A stretch of 63,515 nt of DNA, the filler included, from Choristocarpus tenellus KU-1152 (lineage: Eukaryota; Protista; Phaeophyceae): assembly GCA_964200185.2 (NCBI GenBank). It is 10 parts of 10 records of this genome, joined end to end, with 100 filler letters (N's around TTAATTAATTAA, not from the genome) between each part and the next. Parts side by side here need not be neighbours in the genome. Positions count along the whole stretch, not along the records: positions 35,184 to 48,306 come from CAXNAD020001582.1; positions 48,407 to 50,986 come from CAXNAD020026578.1; 8 more parts are not named here. One strand, 5' to 3'. Every line of letters begins with the position of its first letter. The first letter of the stretch is position 1. The notes beneath the pieces are model-generated. The model was not told where the DNA came from. It saw only the letters and a program-made list of their open reading frames with translations, and searched no databases. The position numbers and the translations under genes were made by a program. Below are positions 36,287 to 48,820 of the stretch, in pieces.

Positions 36287-39200
36287 TGGTGTGAGCTGTT
36301 GGCGAAGAAGGTGTTCCTAAAACCTGAGGGTGAAAAAGTGAAGTATATTTACCACGACCTGAGGTCTGGAGTGGAACCAAGTTGTTCTGTCTTAGGTCTT
36401 GAACCCTGCTACTTTAAAGTACGGGTGCTCACTGGTGTGTTGTGGATTGATCTTTAACCTGGGTTTGTATCATGTAACATGGTGTGGGACAGAGCTTTGC
36501 GTATGACTTTGCGCAAAATGATATAGTATGTGGACCTTGATTTGTTGAAGTTTGGTTTGTGCTGACCCCAATATCGTTTTATTGCATATGCATCTTTATT
36601 TTTATATGGGTGAAAAAAAGAATGAAAGTGTACACAAATGTTGCCCCTACAACATTGTGAGGAAGTGGAGTTACCCCTAATAACTGCTGCTACTACTAAC
36701 TCTATTGTGACAGTATAACAAGTGGTTACCAGTTTCAGCAGTGCTCTCTGTTACTTATCTGTGCTTTGTACTTCTGTGAGGAAACTTTTGATGCATGACA
36801 TGGTGACTGCAAATTCACTTCAAACTTTGTGCTGCATTGTGCAATATTTTGACTATCCTGTGTTAGGTTAAGTTTTGTTAAGGTAGACCAAGTCAGAATT
36901 GCTGGTGTTCTGTCATAGTGGCAGGTCTACATCCAAATTTGAGATGACACTACTACCCATGTACAGTTCTTTGAGCACAGAGAGCCCACAGAGCCATATT
37001 CAAGTCTAGGAGGACTTTTAAAACCCCATCCGATCCTGAGCAGTATCGTCCTTGTTCACCTGGTAATCAAGAAGGAAGGTTTTCCCTGTGTCTTGATCAA
37101 CACAATGAGTCGTTGATAAGATGAGATCTCCAAATATTTTACACTGTGCGAGAGCAGCATGTCGTAGAATGAGTAGGATATGTATTTGATGTCACAACTA
37201 TGTCATCTCTGTGCTGTTTGTTTCTTCAACACCGAGTACATAGAAACACAGAAAATGTGCTCAAAATGTGCCATTGATGGCTCACATGGGGATTTCAAGA
37301 AATCTCATACCTTGCAGAAATGGGATATAGTGAGGAGAAGTCTAGTAGACCTTGGATATATTTTTCCTTAACTTATGGACCGCCTCTGGGAAACTGCTTC
37401 TTTGAATTAGCATTATATGCTTTTGTTATGCATGTGTGCTAAATTCTGTAAAACAACAGACTTCTACCCAGTCTTAGTAGTCTTCAGTCTATGCTTTGCT
37501 TTTGTTATCACCTGTTAAATGCTAACACGCTAATAATAACATACACACCATTCTTTGGAGTATGTGCCACATTGTACTGATGAATTCTATTACAGGTGTT
37601 TCCCTTCCGTCACTTGTTGACATTTTCTTTTCCCCAACCTTTCACGGGGCCCTTGCAGGCTTCACCTTAAAAGGTCCCACCCCACCCTCTCTCAGTGTCC
37701 TCTCCCATGGCACTCCTGTACTCCACACTCTCATAGTTGAATTTTGTTACCTTGTCCAGATTGCAACGGTGCAATCTTGTAAGAATATGATACTACACCA
37801 CCTGTGAATAGTTCCGTATCGTCCCAAAATGTTACCATACCCTCCCACTATCGAATTGTATCATCCTGTTCAAGAGTGTATTATCCATACTCTATTTGTA
37901 CAATACTCTGCCTCCTTCCCATAGATTGTCCCATGTCATTACAGTTGTATTTTGATATACTTTCCCAAAAATGAACGTTTTAATTCTCATTCTGCATCAT
38001 GTTCATGCCACCCAACGCCTTGATTTTTCATCCCTGCCCAGCTCTGCTCTACCATTCACTCTCCTTCCCCTTCCTATCCTACCCCCCTAACCTCCTTGTT
38101 ACCTCTGGTGTAACTAAACGACAAACAACACTCCACTGCAATACAATGATGCAATTTGATGTGATGGGGTGGGATGGAAAACACCTGCATCACTTCCATG
38201 TGTGGGTGAAGATTGCTGAGGCAATATGCCACCTCAAGCAGAACTTCTCCATCAAAGTAATTAAGGAACGCTTCAAGGACCAGGAAATGCACCTGCAGGA
38301 GACAGTGGAAGGGACTGTCAGGTTTGGGCATGTTTCATGTGCTATTATATTGTGTGGCATGAAATGAACATATTTTTCACTTGTAAGATTTTGTGAGAAT
38401 AAACTAAATTGACAAAGAATATTTGAATTCCTTCAGCAAGAAGTGTTGAGTCAATGTGACTCACAGAACGAGGTGCCACAGGAAAAAAGAGTGAGTCAAA
38501 GTAAGAGAGAGGTACCCAGGTTTTGACTGTTTTGAATTTTAAGACAGCTTTTCAATCTTACGCAGTCCACCCATATTTCTGTGGGTGGACTGCAAAGCTT
38601 GACTTAAGAGCATTCACTTCTCTGTTGTTTGAGACTTTCACACACAGAATACCCAAAAAATCCTAAATGCATTTGTCATATTTTGCACATATTTGTCAGT
38701 ATCCTGAAAATGCAACTCTGGGCACCTCTCGCTTGCTTTGACTCAGTGTGGTGCTTGTATGCATGTGAAAGGATATCCAACCGCCTTAACCATCGACTTC
38801 AACTTCAATTTCGACTTCAATTTTTTGTGTTCTTCGATTATTTGAACCGTAACAGTTTGAACCGCTGTGATGAGCCAAAGTATCTTAGAGGGTAGAGCCG
38901 CGTCCATTTGGGCGCCAAAATCCAATGTTGCAATTTTGATGTAATTTTGGCTATTGTGTTCCGGACACATCTTTTCATAGCGTACACATTTTACCTTCTC
39001 CGAAATATTTTGGAGTAGGAAAATGTCATAAGAAAAAACTGAGGAAAGCCAAGCCCCAAATGGACAAACAGGGAAAACTCATACCCTCTCAGATACTTTC
39101 ACTCTGATTCATCCCACAATATTCTAAAGAGCACCCAGCAATATTCCCCAGTAAGGTTCAGCCCCCTTGAAATTTCCATAATACTATTTGTACATCATTT

Positions 39201-42200
39201 CTTTTTTGTGCCATCTGAGAGTCCATGAATGTTGATCAAACCTTCGCACAGTAAGAACAGGACACCTTTACAATTATAGTTCAAGAGTACTTTTAATTTT
39301 TATAATCAAAAGCTCGCAAATGCAGTATATTCTTGGACAATATTGTTCATTCTATACTGAATAGTTCGGGAGAATACCCTAGATGGTTCCCAAACTTAGA
39401 GTTGAGTTGTGTGTTGTGCTTTGCATGTTATGGATGTCTGCTGTATTTAGTAATGTTTTTGCTGCCACAAGACTGCACAGCGTAAGGTCAAACACTGTGC
39501 CAGTCTTGACACCGATTTGATGGACAGTGTCAAGCGAAGATTCAATTTGAACTAAGGGAGTCAAGCCTTGGGCCAGGGGCTTGGGGAGGGTAGGTTGTGC
39601 AGAGTACCTGCTGAAATTCTACTGCGCAGTAAGCAGATACTTCTATCATTTGTTTTGCTCTAAAGAAGTGACAACACATCAGTAGTTGGTGTGTCCATCC
39701 ACTTGCAGTGGTATCTACAAAATTAGACCATTCATCCACCCGCACACACGTCCACCCATTTGCACATATGCCTGCGCCTCTCCCAAAGGCGAGTCTATGA
39801 TGAATGTGCAGTCAAACAGGTTGATAGGGCATACAGCAGAGGTCACGACAAGGGATATGACAAGGGTTTCCACAAGGGCCTTGAGGCAGGTCTGCGAGAG
39901 ACACAGCATAGAACTGGAACTACCAAGGGTACAGATCAGGAGGTGGTCATTTCAATAGATATTACCCTGACATATGCTTGAAGGATGGGGTCCAGGCAAA
40001 GAGCGAAGTTAAAGAATTCTCTTGCAAGAATGGGAACATAACTTCACAACTTGTTCATATCAGAACACACTTGGTGTAGAAAATTGCATGATACCATCAG
40101 GTTTGATCTTGAGTATGTCTCTATTTTCTTGTGGCTCAAAGAAATTACCAGTTTTTCCCTCTTAAGCTGGACAACTTGATCGCTTCTGAATCCAACTGCA
40201 CCACCTGCAGTAGATTTGGTCTTTGAAAGAGAGTCAAAGATAGGAAAGGTGTTGCATTTTAAGGATGGTGATAAATGTCCGAATTTTGTCTTGTTGTACA
40301 AATGTGTATAGGATCTTTTCTGAATACTGTTGAAAATTTCAAACAATGTAGAAATAAATGCTCTCAACTCACTCTTAGTACTTAATCCATAGAAATAAAG
40401 GGTGGATTTCAAAAAAGAAAAATAGTGGCTTAAAATGCAAAAAGGACAAATCTGGGTACCTCTTGTTTGCTTTGGCTCAGATGGATTAGCCCGGCAGGGC
40501 ATGTTTTATCAAAAATAATATGAGATTGCACCATGGTTATCGATACTCCAAATTGTGTTCTATGTTCATTGCCTTTGTTTTCCTAACAGATAAGATACCA
40601 ATCCCAAACACCTCGAAGTCTCTCAACATACTGAGATACAAGTAGTTATTCCTTTTGTGTGTTGAAGGATTAGCTATACTGGGCATAAAGTCTAGTGAAA
40701 CAATCAAACTTGATTGCCCCCAACCCTAATGCTTGTGGTTTGTGTAGGTTGAGAGTCAAGATACTTGCCCAGAATTTCTTTCCCCTTCCCTGACACCACA
40801 TTCCAAGCCTCCTCAAATTGGCTTTGAACTTGATGGAAATGTCGACCATGAGATTTGTATTGCAAGAGGTTCCACTTGTGGGGGGAAGGAGGACCATGGG
40901 GCACAAGGTTCTCGAGGTGTTGTTGCAGCTGGGACAGGCTCGATCAATCGGGTGAGGTTGTGAAAAAAGAGAGGTTTAGTGGGGGTGGGGGTGGGGATGG
41001 GAATTGGGAGGCCATGTTCTCAGATCTGAACTCTGCAGGCAGCAAAAATGTTTTCTTTCATTACAATTTTCAATGCACTACATAGAGCTCAAGCATAATG
41101 CTCATAGACATTTCAAAATTGATCTTGCTGCATTTACTTCAGTACTATCTCAATAAATGGACTATCTCCTTCCTATATAGTGTTTATGTTCAATTGATTA
41201 GGAATGGGGTTGAATATTATTATTTGTGATCAGCATTATTTGTAACATCAGTCTGAGGGGCCCCAGACCCATGGTCCAAAGTTAGTAAAAAGAAGGTAGT
41301 ACACAGTACTTGAAGAATGCAACAGGTGTACAACAGGTGCTATGGAAAAAAAAGAAAAAACAGAAAGAGAAAAGAACAAATAGAGAAGAGTGTAGAGAGG
41401 AGAAAGAACCCAGTGCATGTACAAAGATATGAAGAGAACCCACCTGTAATGCACTATCACCCACAATAATTTAGTCATACCAAAATAGTATGCAACAAAA
41501 TCAACCCAACAAGATTCCATGCACTAGATAGAGTCCTTCCTATAAAATTTCTTTGATATATTTTGGGGCTCATTTGTAGGTTAGACTTTTTGTTTATCCT
41601 GGAGCATCTTGCCATGCTTTGCTTTGATATAGCCATATTGTTATGGTTACAGAGCAATCACCTACATATCTCCTCAGAGTAATTTATACTTGCTTTCCAT
41701 TTACTGTTATCCATTCAACAGTATCTTCAAGAAAGAAATATATTTAGGTTGGCTATTTAGCACCATTTCAATGTTCGCAGTTGGCTGGTGGATGCCGCAA
41801 GCATTGTTGTGAACGTGTTTAGGAAGATTTCAATATTTATACGTATATGTCATTATTTGTCTGCCTCAGCTATTGCCCCTACCACCATGTGCCAAATATT
41901 CACAGGAAAAGGGTGTGCTTAGTCAAGAGGAAGAGCTGCACAAAACAACGAGTGCATTTCTCCCTATGGACCCAGATGTGGAGCTAACAAGGCATCGAAG
42001 GAAGTGCCCCCAACAGGATCAATCAAAGTTACTGCTGCCCAAACAGCAGCAGCAACAGCCTAGACCTTTGGAATTATATATAGAGAGTGAGGGGTTGCCG
42101 AATAAGCCCCATAAATTGGATTCAGATGAAGTTGGGGCACACACTGGAGCAAGTGCAGAGAAGGAGAGGGCACAAGGAATTCTACCAACAGGTGAGGGAA

Positions 42201-44574
42201 GAGTGCCAGGTGCTTGGATTGTGCAAGGGAAAACAGAGTAGTGAGATCCACAGCAGCACCAATCATCAAGTCAGGTGTGAGATCGAGGGCAGGGAAAGGA
42301 GGCAAACTTGTGGACTGACTCTGTAATGGACTTTGTTGCAGGCTCTGTACCTGAATCTGTGGATAATAAACATGTTCATACTGCAACTGCTACTGCCAAT
42401 GGGACCATGACTAAGACCTGGGTTGGGGCAGGGACAGGGGCACAGGCAGGGAAAGGGGGCAAGGGGCAGTCTACAGCTGGATCAATTCTTGTCACTTCGA
42501 GTGGGGAACAGGGTAGTAACTGTGCTTCCAGATATAGTCCATACCCTGCTGTCATGGAGTCCACGCTTGGTGCCTCTCCTGTTGCTGAGGAAGGCACAGA
42601 AACAGAAGCTGCAGCGCGTGCCTCATTGATGGAGTCCTTTAATCCCTTTGAGGAGCCCCACCCAGAACAACTTACTCAACCTGGCATTGCCAAGGGTGAA
42701 AACGACAGGAGCCCTACATCCCCACACTCACATTTGTACTCTTCTAGGATGCGCACTCAACTTGAATCCTCCACTAACAGTCCTACACGAGACACTACTG
42801 TTGGCAGCACAAGTAGTTGTGTCAAGAATTTCGCAGCTGACACCAGTGCTGCAAGGGTTGGCTTACCTGGCGTGCATCAGTTGTTTCCAGTCGCAGTACC
42901 AAATATATCTGGATCTGCTTCAGGCTCCCTGCCTGGGCCTGTCGAAGGACTGGCACGGATAGAAAGACCATATCAAACCCGGCCAGAAGAGGGAATGGGA
43001 GAAGAACTGCCTACAAGAACGGTGTGGGGAGGTGGAGGGGGAGGATGTGATAGCCGAGAACGGGCAGAGGGTGACACTGTTGGGCCACATGAAGGGAGAG
43101 AGAGAGGGAGGGGTTCCTATGAGGCTGATTCGTTTGGTCCAGAGGGGCTCAGCGTGGAGGCATATATGGCCAAAAGGAGAAGGAAGACAGTTGAGGTGTG
43201 CAAATATGTGCGTGTTGCATTTTTGTTGCTCTTCTATTGATGTCCTATATATATATATATATATCTGTGCATATGTGTGTATGTGTGTGTGTCGTGTTAT
43301 GTAGTTGTGTCTTGTTTGTATCATGTCAAAGTATATGTTGTAGGACTGGTTGTTGCGAAGATTTTCTTTGCTGTAGTTGTGCCATATGTGTATTCGATCT
43401 TGTTGGTGAAAAACAATAAAGTCTGTTTCTGTTTACCAGAGGGCTGTTCTGGAAAGGTGAAGACATAAGCCACATATGAAATGATCATTTTCATTACATT
43501 GTATGATGTTTAGTGCTTTTTGAAAAACGTATTATCTCCTCATGTTGTCTATGAATGCCTTGAAATGGGGCGCAGAAAAGTACACATACTTGAGAACGGG
43601 GGATATGAGTGTAGTCCACTTGCCCTCAGGTGACTAATAGGGAGCACGAGATTTCCGAGTCCAATTTTCGTGATCCTATGCAAAAGTCAGCAAGCTGCAC
43701 ATAACTTGGTGTTCTGAAGCAAGTTTCAACCTTTGGAAAAATTTTAGGAAGCCCACTACAGTAGAAATACAGAGAACCAGGAGTGTTTGTTTCTCTTGGT
43801 TGATGCAGTATTCTTGCAGCATTACCTGAAACAAGTTCCAACTGTTTGAGTAGGGAAGCCTCAACCAATTACTTTGAAGTGCAAATTTCGAGTAATTATA
43901 GCTTTACACTATTCACTTGTAACGCATATCAATACTATTTTATTTCCATGTACTGTAACTGATATTGCTCTGGAGTATTTTATACCATGCGATTGATATT
44001 ATAAAATACCATATACTCTGGAGTAATGGATACCATGTAATATCATATAACTGATATTGTTTAATACCATATTTGGAATGATACACATATTTATATGTTC
44101 TTATCATCTCTGAGGTCACTCTACCCCCTGCTATACTATGTCAACCCCCTTCCATATATCACTTCTCTCCAGCAGAAACCAACTAGGGAAGGGGTTAGGC
44201 GAGTTGAATCAGAGCGAGTGAGTACCACTAAGAGGAAACCTCCAGGCTCTTCAGCAAGCTCCAGGCAGGAGCAGTACGTGCCCATTCATAAATTAAGGAA
44301 TGGTGGTGAGGGAAGAGGAAGGGGCAGCAGTCGGATGCAAGGTGATCAAAAGGGCTGGAGTGGGGAAGGTGAAAATGCAACAGGGCGAGGAGGTAAAAGT
44401 GGGAGAGAACGCTTATGTAGGAGTGGGCGAGGTGGAAGTAGCATCCGGAGGGAGCATGAACAAGGGCATGGCAGGAAGCGTCTGAAGGTGACTGAGCCCC
44501 AGGAGTGGACGGATACTGGTGGATCCAATTGGTTTGTGGGTGGTGGAAGTGGTGGGAAAAAAATATATCCATGA
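36287..44574 (+). CDS. Uncharacterised large low-complexity protein, 3' part; proposed exons 36287-36418, (38437-38490?), 40748-40951, 41870-42191, 42342-43195, 44173/44176-44574
   Basis: Each exon is open, bounded by AG/GT, and phases are compatible (0,0,0,1,0); NAGNAG acceptor at 44170-44175. Linkage of the first two exons to the rest is less certain. No recognisable domain. Confidence 0.6.
38872..39104 (+). mobile_element. MITE family 1 copy with ~25-bp internal deletion
   Basis: TIRs GAGCCAAAGTATCTTAGAGGGTA / TACCCTCTCAGATACTTTCACTC, 4-bp TSD TGAT. Confidence 0.93.
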
Positions 44575-46533
44575 ATGTGAGGGGAGGGTTAGAAGGGAGG
44601 AAAGAGATCAAGGTGGGGAGATAGGTGGGTAAGGGCATACTCATAGACAAGAAAACTCCTTCCGTTTCAACTGTCAATTAACAGAAGCAATTAGTATTTT
44701 GTATAGGTTCCGTTTCTATACCCTTTTGTGCAGCTTATTTGCTCTATCCTTCCTTTCTTGCAGATGTTGAGAAATTTGGGAGGTAAAATACCTCCCATGA
44801 CCACCCGCAAAAAGGCACACCATGCTTGAGTGGGTCCCAACAAATAATCGTTGTAGGTTTATAGTAGTTGTGTAGTTAATCTATATACTCTGGATTTATC
44901 AGTACCTGTACCACTCCGACATGACTTCTTCGGTCAAGACTATTATCCTTCCCTTTGAGCAACAAGAGACAGTGTAATATCAAGGTCTTGGTTTGCAACC
45001 TTGTTGTAATTAATCTGTATTCAATGTGCACATTTTGGATTTCCTAGTTAAGTGCTTCCTTTTAATAAAAAACTTGTGGCCCAAGCAATGTGCATTGGAA
45101 TATGTGTATGGACAAAGTTCGACGACCTCATTCTGCCAAAGCTACAACCTCTCACACCCTAGTTATACCTGGTCACAATGTGGAAGGATTAATTAACTAT
45201 GCCCTTTGTTCAACAAGAACTAGCAAATATTGGTCCAAGTACTGTTTCTTCTATGGCATCGGAAAAACAAATCCTGGTAAGAATGACAAGATATCATCAA
45301 CCCCTCAGGACATACTCTGGAGTACTTCACAGTGGTTCAAAATAGAAACAAGTACACACCAACAAGTATGCACTATTCTATTGTTGAAGTCCTCCCTTGG
45401 AGGTACTCGTTTGGATCAATGGGCACAAAAACATGTTTTTTATCAAGGAACAAGATCATACCAGGACAAAATATTTTGTTGGAGAAAAAAGCAATCCTTT
45501 CATTTTTTCCCATACAATCCAAATAATCTGCTACATGTCATATTGTATTGCACTTGGGAGATTTTGCAATGCGGTCTAAAGTATTATATTACATATTCTA
45601 GGAACCATTGTCAGAGGAATACAAATTAAAAGATAAAGCAAGAAATGTGAATTAAATCAATTAACCCCCCTGAGAGTAACCTGGCCCACTCAGGCTCGTT
45701 CAGCATGCATGCCCAAGATAGAGAGGCTAAAGTGTGATAGTTGTAGCCTTGGTACATGAAGGGGGGAGTCAATGGCAGCGGTGCTGGAGAATTGTGGCTC
45801 TTGATTGTGTTATGTGTGGCACTAAACATCTTGCAATCAATGCTATCGAGGTACTGGTGCTAGTTCTCTGCATTCTTCTACTCTTTGACTCTCTGGAAAT
45901 GTCTATGAAGATCAAGCACTCCTACATAGAATCAATTTAGTGTGTTGGTGCTAGCCCTTTATGGGGTTACCTGATTGGTTATACACCAAGAAATCAAAGG
46001 ACCCATTTTGTTTTATTTGGAATGTGAGTGTCTCTTGCCCTGGTGCAAAGTGCCCAAATAAGTTAGAACAAATATTGAATTTTACAATTTTCTGACTTGT
46101 TGAAACTTTGACACTCATGTTGAGATATTGAGATATTGTTGTACTAAATCACTTTGTGTATTGCTTGGTCATAACCGCCCAGAGTAATATCCCACTTCCA
46201 GTTTGGAGTTCAAATGTCATGTGTTGTTCTGTCCTCTGTCACTTACTACAAATACTAGAAGTATATTCGCACTGCACAAACAGCTGCAAATTGTGGTGAC
46301 AAAAAGTAGCTAATTCTCATGATGGGGTGCCATATAGGAAAGGAACAAGGAAGAGATCAGAACTCAGACCATCAACATTGCTTGCTGGCATTGAGTAGTG
46401 CAATTTATTGCTCATTTCAATTGCATGACCACATCTAGTTTACTTTGCTGTTTAGCTGAATGAATATATATGGTACAAATTGGAGACAAGGATCATTGCA
46501 GTCATACTGACTAATAGTCCGGAGTATGTAGTA

Positions 46534-48306
46534 TTTCCTCCTTTCAGACTTAAGTTTAACATCACTTTTGCAGCCCCAACAGAAAAGCTAGATTCCTTTT
46601 TGCATACAACCTCCATGCTATAAGTCTGTGCCGCATTGTCCATAACTTTTGAAGATGATGAAATTCATTTCTGAACGAAGATTTGGAATCCTTGACGAAT
46701 TTCTGGTTAGGGTATTCTCTTTTTATTATTCTTACTTCCCATCCATCACAACGTTATCAGCCACAGAAAAAGCCTCCATGTCTACCTTCGGCGTATTTTC
46801 ATTCAAGCTCGCCAGACAACTTCCTCTTCCTTACCACTGTGTGCTCCACACTGAAGTCATTCCCCACTCTGTATCTAAGTACTTGATTGTACACCACAAA
46901 AAAGAGCTGTCAAGCCCTCTCAAGTGTGGTTTCATCTTACTCATACTGTTTCTTAATGACCTTCACCATCTCCTCGATTGGCCCAAACCACTCCCCCATC
47001 ACCTAGCATTTCAAAGACCTGAAGAAGCACAGGTCCATGATATTGAGGTCAGGGGAGTTAGATGGCTGCGTCACAAGCCTAATCAACCACCCCTCAGTCT
47101 TCCCTACCCCTGACAAGATTTCTGAATTGCCCTTACCCGTGTGGAGGGTGGCACCATCTTGCTGAACGACAACATGCTTCCCCTGCAACCAAGGCATCTT
47201 TGTCTTGATTGCAGGCAGTCACTCCTCCGTTTACCACTTCCTGTACCACAAATGGTCTAAAGTACGGTCCTGCTCATACACAATCCCTTTTTTAAAGTTT
47301 CTTGCTTATCCTGTCAACTGTTTTTGGCGCACACACACGCCAGACACCAAGCTTTCCATCAAAGCTGTGAGCCGAACCTGGGCGGGCATTGATGCAATAG
47401 TCATGGTTTTGGAGATAAGACTCTTGTGCTGCACTGTAGAGGACCCTGGAAGGTCACTATCATCCTCATGCGGAAATACCCTAACCCTTTCCCCATCACG
47501 TAAAACCAGGTTTCACCCACATTGATCTTGTTCGTCATGGAGGCACCCACACCATGTTTCTGGTCCACTTGATTGCAAACAAAGTCCACAATTTAAGCTT
47601 GGGTTTGATCCAGCGGCGATTCGGCATGGCCTCCATATCATCCACCTTCTTATGATGCTCGTGCTATAATTCAGCCTCTTGGTGGCCATCTTCATTGTCA
47701 CCTAACACACTGTGGATGACTGATTATCGGAGTTGATACTACATATTGCGGCCATCTTGGTCGGTATGAGCTCTGAAGGTCTAAATGCTGCCACCCTTAT
47801 GTCAAGCGTGTGGCCACGGGCGAGCTGATTTGCAACGTCCTCTCAGAGCCCTCGCATGTAATGCTCGGATACTCCAAACTCCACTGCAAGGGCCGGCCCA
47901 ACATGTCACAGCAGTTTATGCTCACCTCGCAAGGGTGTGCCGCACTGCAAGCACAACCCTGGTATTCAGGGACACTTCGGCACCCTTCCTACGTGGGGGG
48001 GTCGACGGGGGGTTGCCATACCGACGTTCCGACCCACGAAGTGCCCAGGATTCAAAGTATTTTAGAGGGTAGGGCGACATCCGTTTGGGGGCCAAAATCT
48101 AATGTTTCGATTTTGACGTAATTTTGGCTATCGTGTTTTTTAGGAAGTGTCGATATCCTTGTTCTGGACACATCTTCTCATAACGTATGCATTTCGGAAA
48201 GGTAAAACATACATAAAAAAACCGTGGGAAGTCAAGCCCCAAACAGACAAACAGGGTGAAATTCATACCCTCTAAGATACTTTCACCCCAGTTCTGGCCT
48301 CAAAAT
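46534..48306 (-). mobile_element. Decayed Tc1/mariner transposon, family A, copy 2 (5' end cut by contig edge)
   Basis: QQDGATLH...QPSNSPDLNIMDL and NVGETWFY; TIR-like TA|TTTCCTCCTTTCAGACTTAAGTTTAACATCACTTTTG at 46534. Confidence 0.88.
48049..48288 (+). mobile_element. MITE family 1 copy inserted in mariner A
   Basis: TIRs present; the empty site GCCCAGTTCTGG is visible in the paralogous mariner copy at about 6947-6958, implying a ~4-bp duplication. Confidence 0.9.
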
Positions 48307-48589
48307 NNNNNNNNNNNNNNNNNNNNNNNNNNNNNNNNNNNNNNNNNNNNTTAATTAATTAANNNNNNNNNNNNNNNNNNNNNNNNNNNNNNNNNNNNNN
48401 NNNNNNGTTGTGTCACAGTAAGATTACGCCAGGAGAGTGACAATTTTTTTTTCAAAGGACTGAAGAGACTCTGAAGTAGAAGGTACATACAGTATTCTCC
48501 TTCCTTATAGCGAGGCGGGGGCGCATTAATACACAAACATAATTTTAGAAAAACGCTCGTAATCATTTCCATCCTATCCATGAAGCTTA

Positions 48590-48707
48590 TGATTGATTTC
48601 CCAGCTCACCACGATTAATCACTCGATTCCGCGATTAATTAGTCGCTTCGATGATTGATTTCCCAGCTAACCACGATTAGTTACTCGATTCCACGATTGA
48701 TTTCCCG
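48590..48707. repeat. ~62-bp tandem duplication built from ~20-bp CGATT(A/G)AT subunits
   Basis: GATTGATTTCCCAGCT.ACCACGATTA.T.ACTCGATTCC.CGATT occurs twice. Confidence 0.8.
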
Positions 48708-48820
48708 TTTTTTTTTTACGATATTGTACCACATCAATTCTGTACCGCTTTTTTCGGGCATGTCCATGGGTGAACAAAATCGGGGCACGTACTGTATTGG
48801 TATGGGTAATGTATGTTCTT

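Noticed and set aside
17575-42280. Stop-codon reassignment or readthrough suggested by in-frame stops at 17575-17592, 31638-31640 and 42239-42280
   Set aside because: All three stop types are involved, conserved RFC1 and protease exons contain none, and splicing or normal termination explains each case more simply.
45090-45629. 179-aa plus-strand ORF
   Set aside because: No recognisable motif, non-ATG start and no clear splice context; likely chance or decayed repeat.
48590-48707. Possible CRISPR-like repeat-spacer array
   Set aside because: Only two degenerate units with no unique spacers and no cas genes; eukaryotic context.
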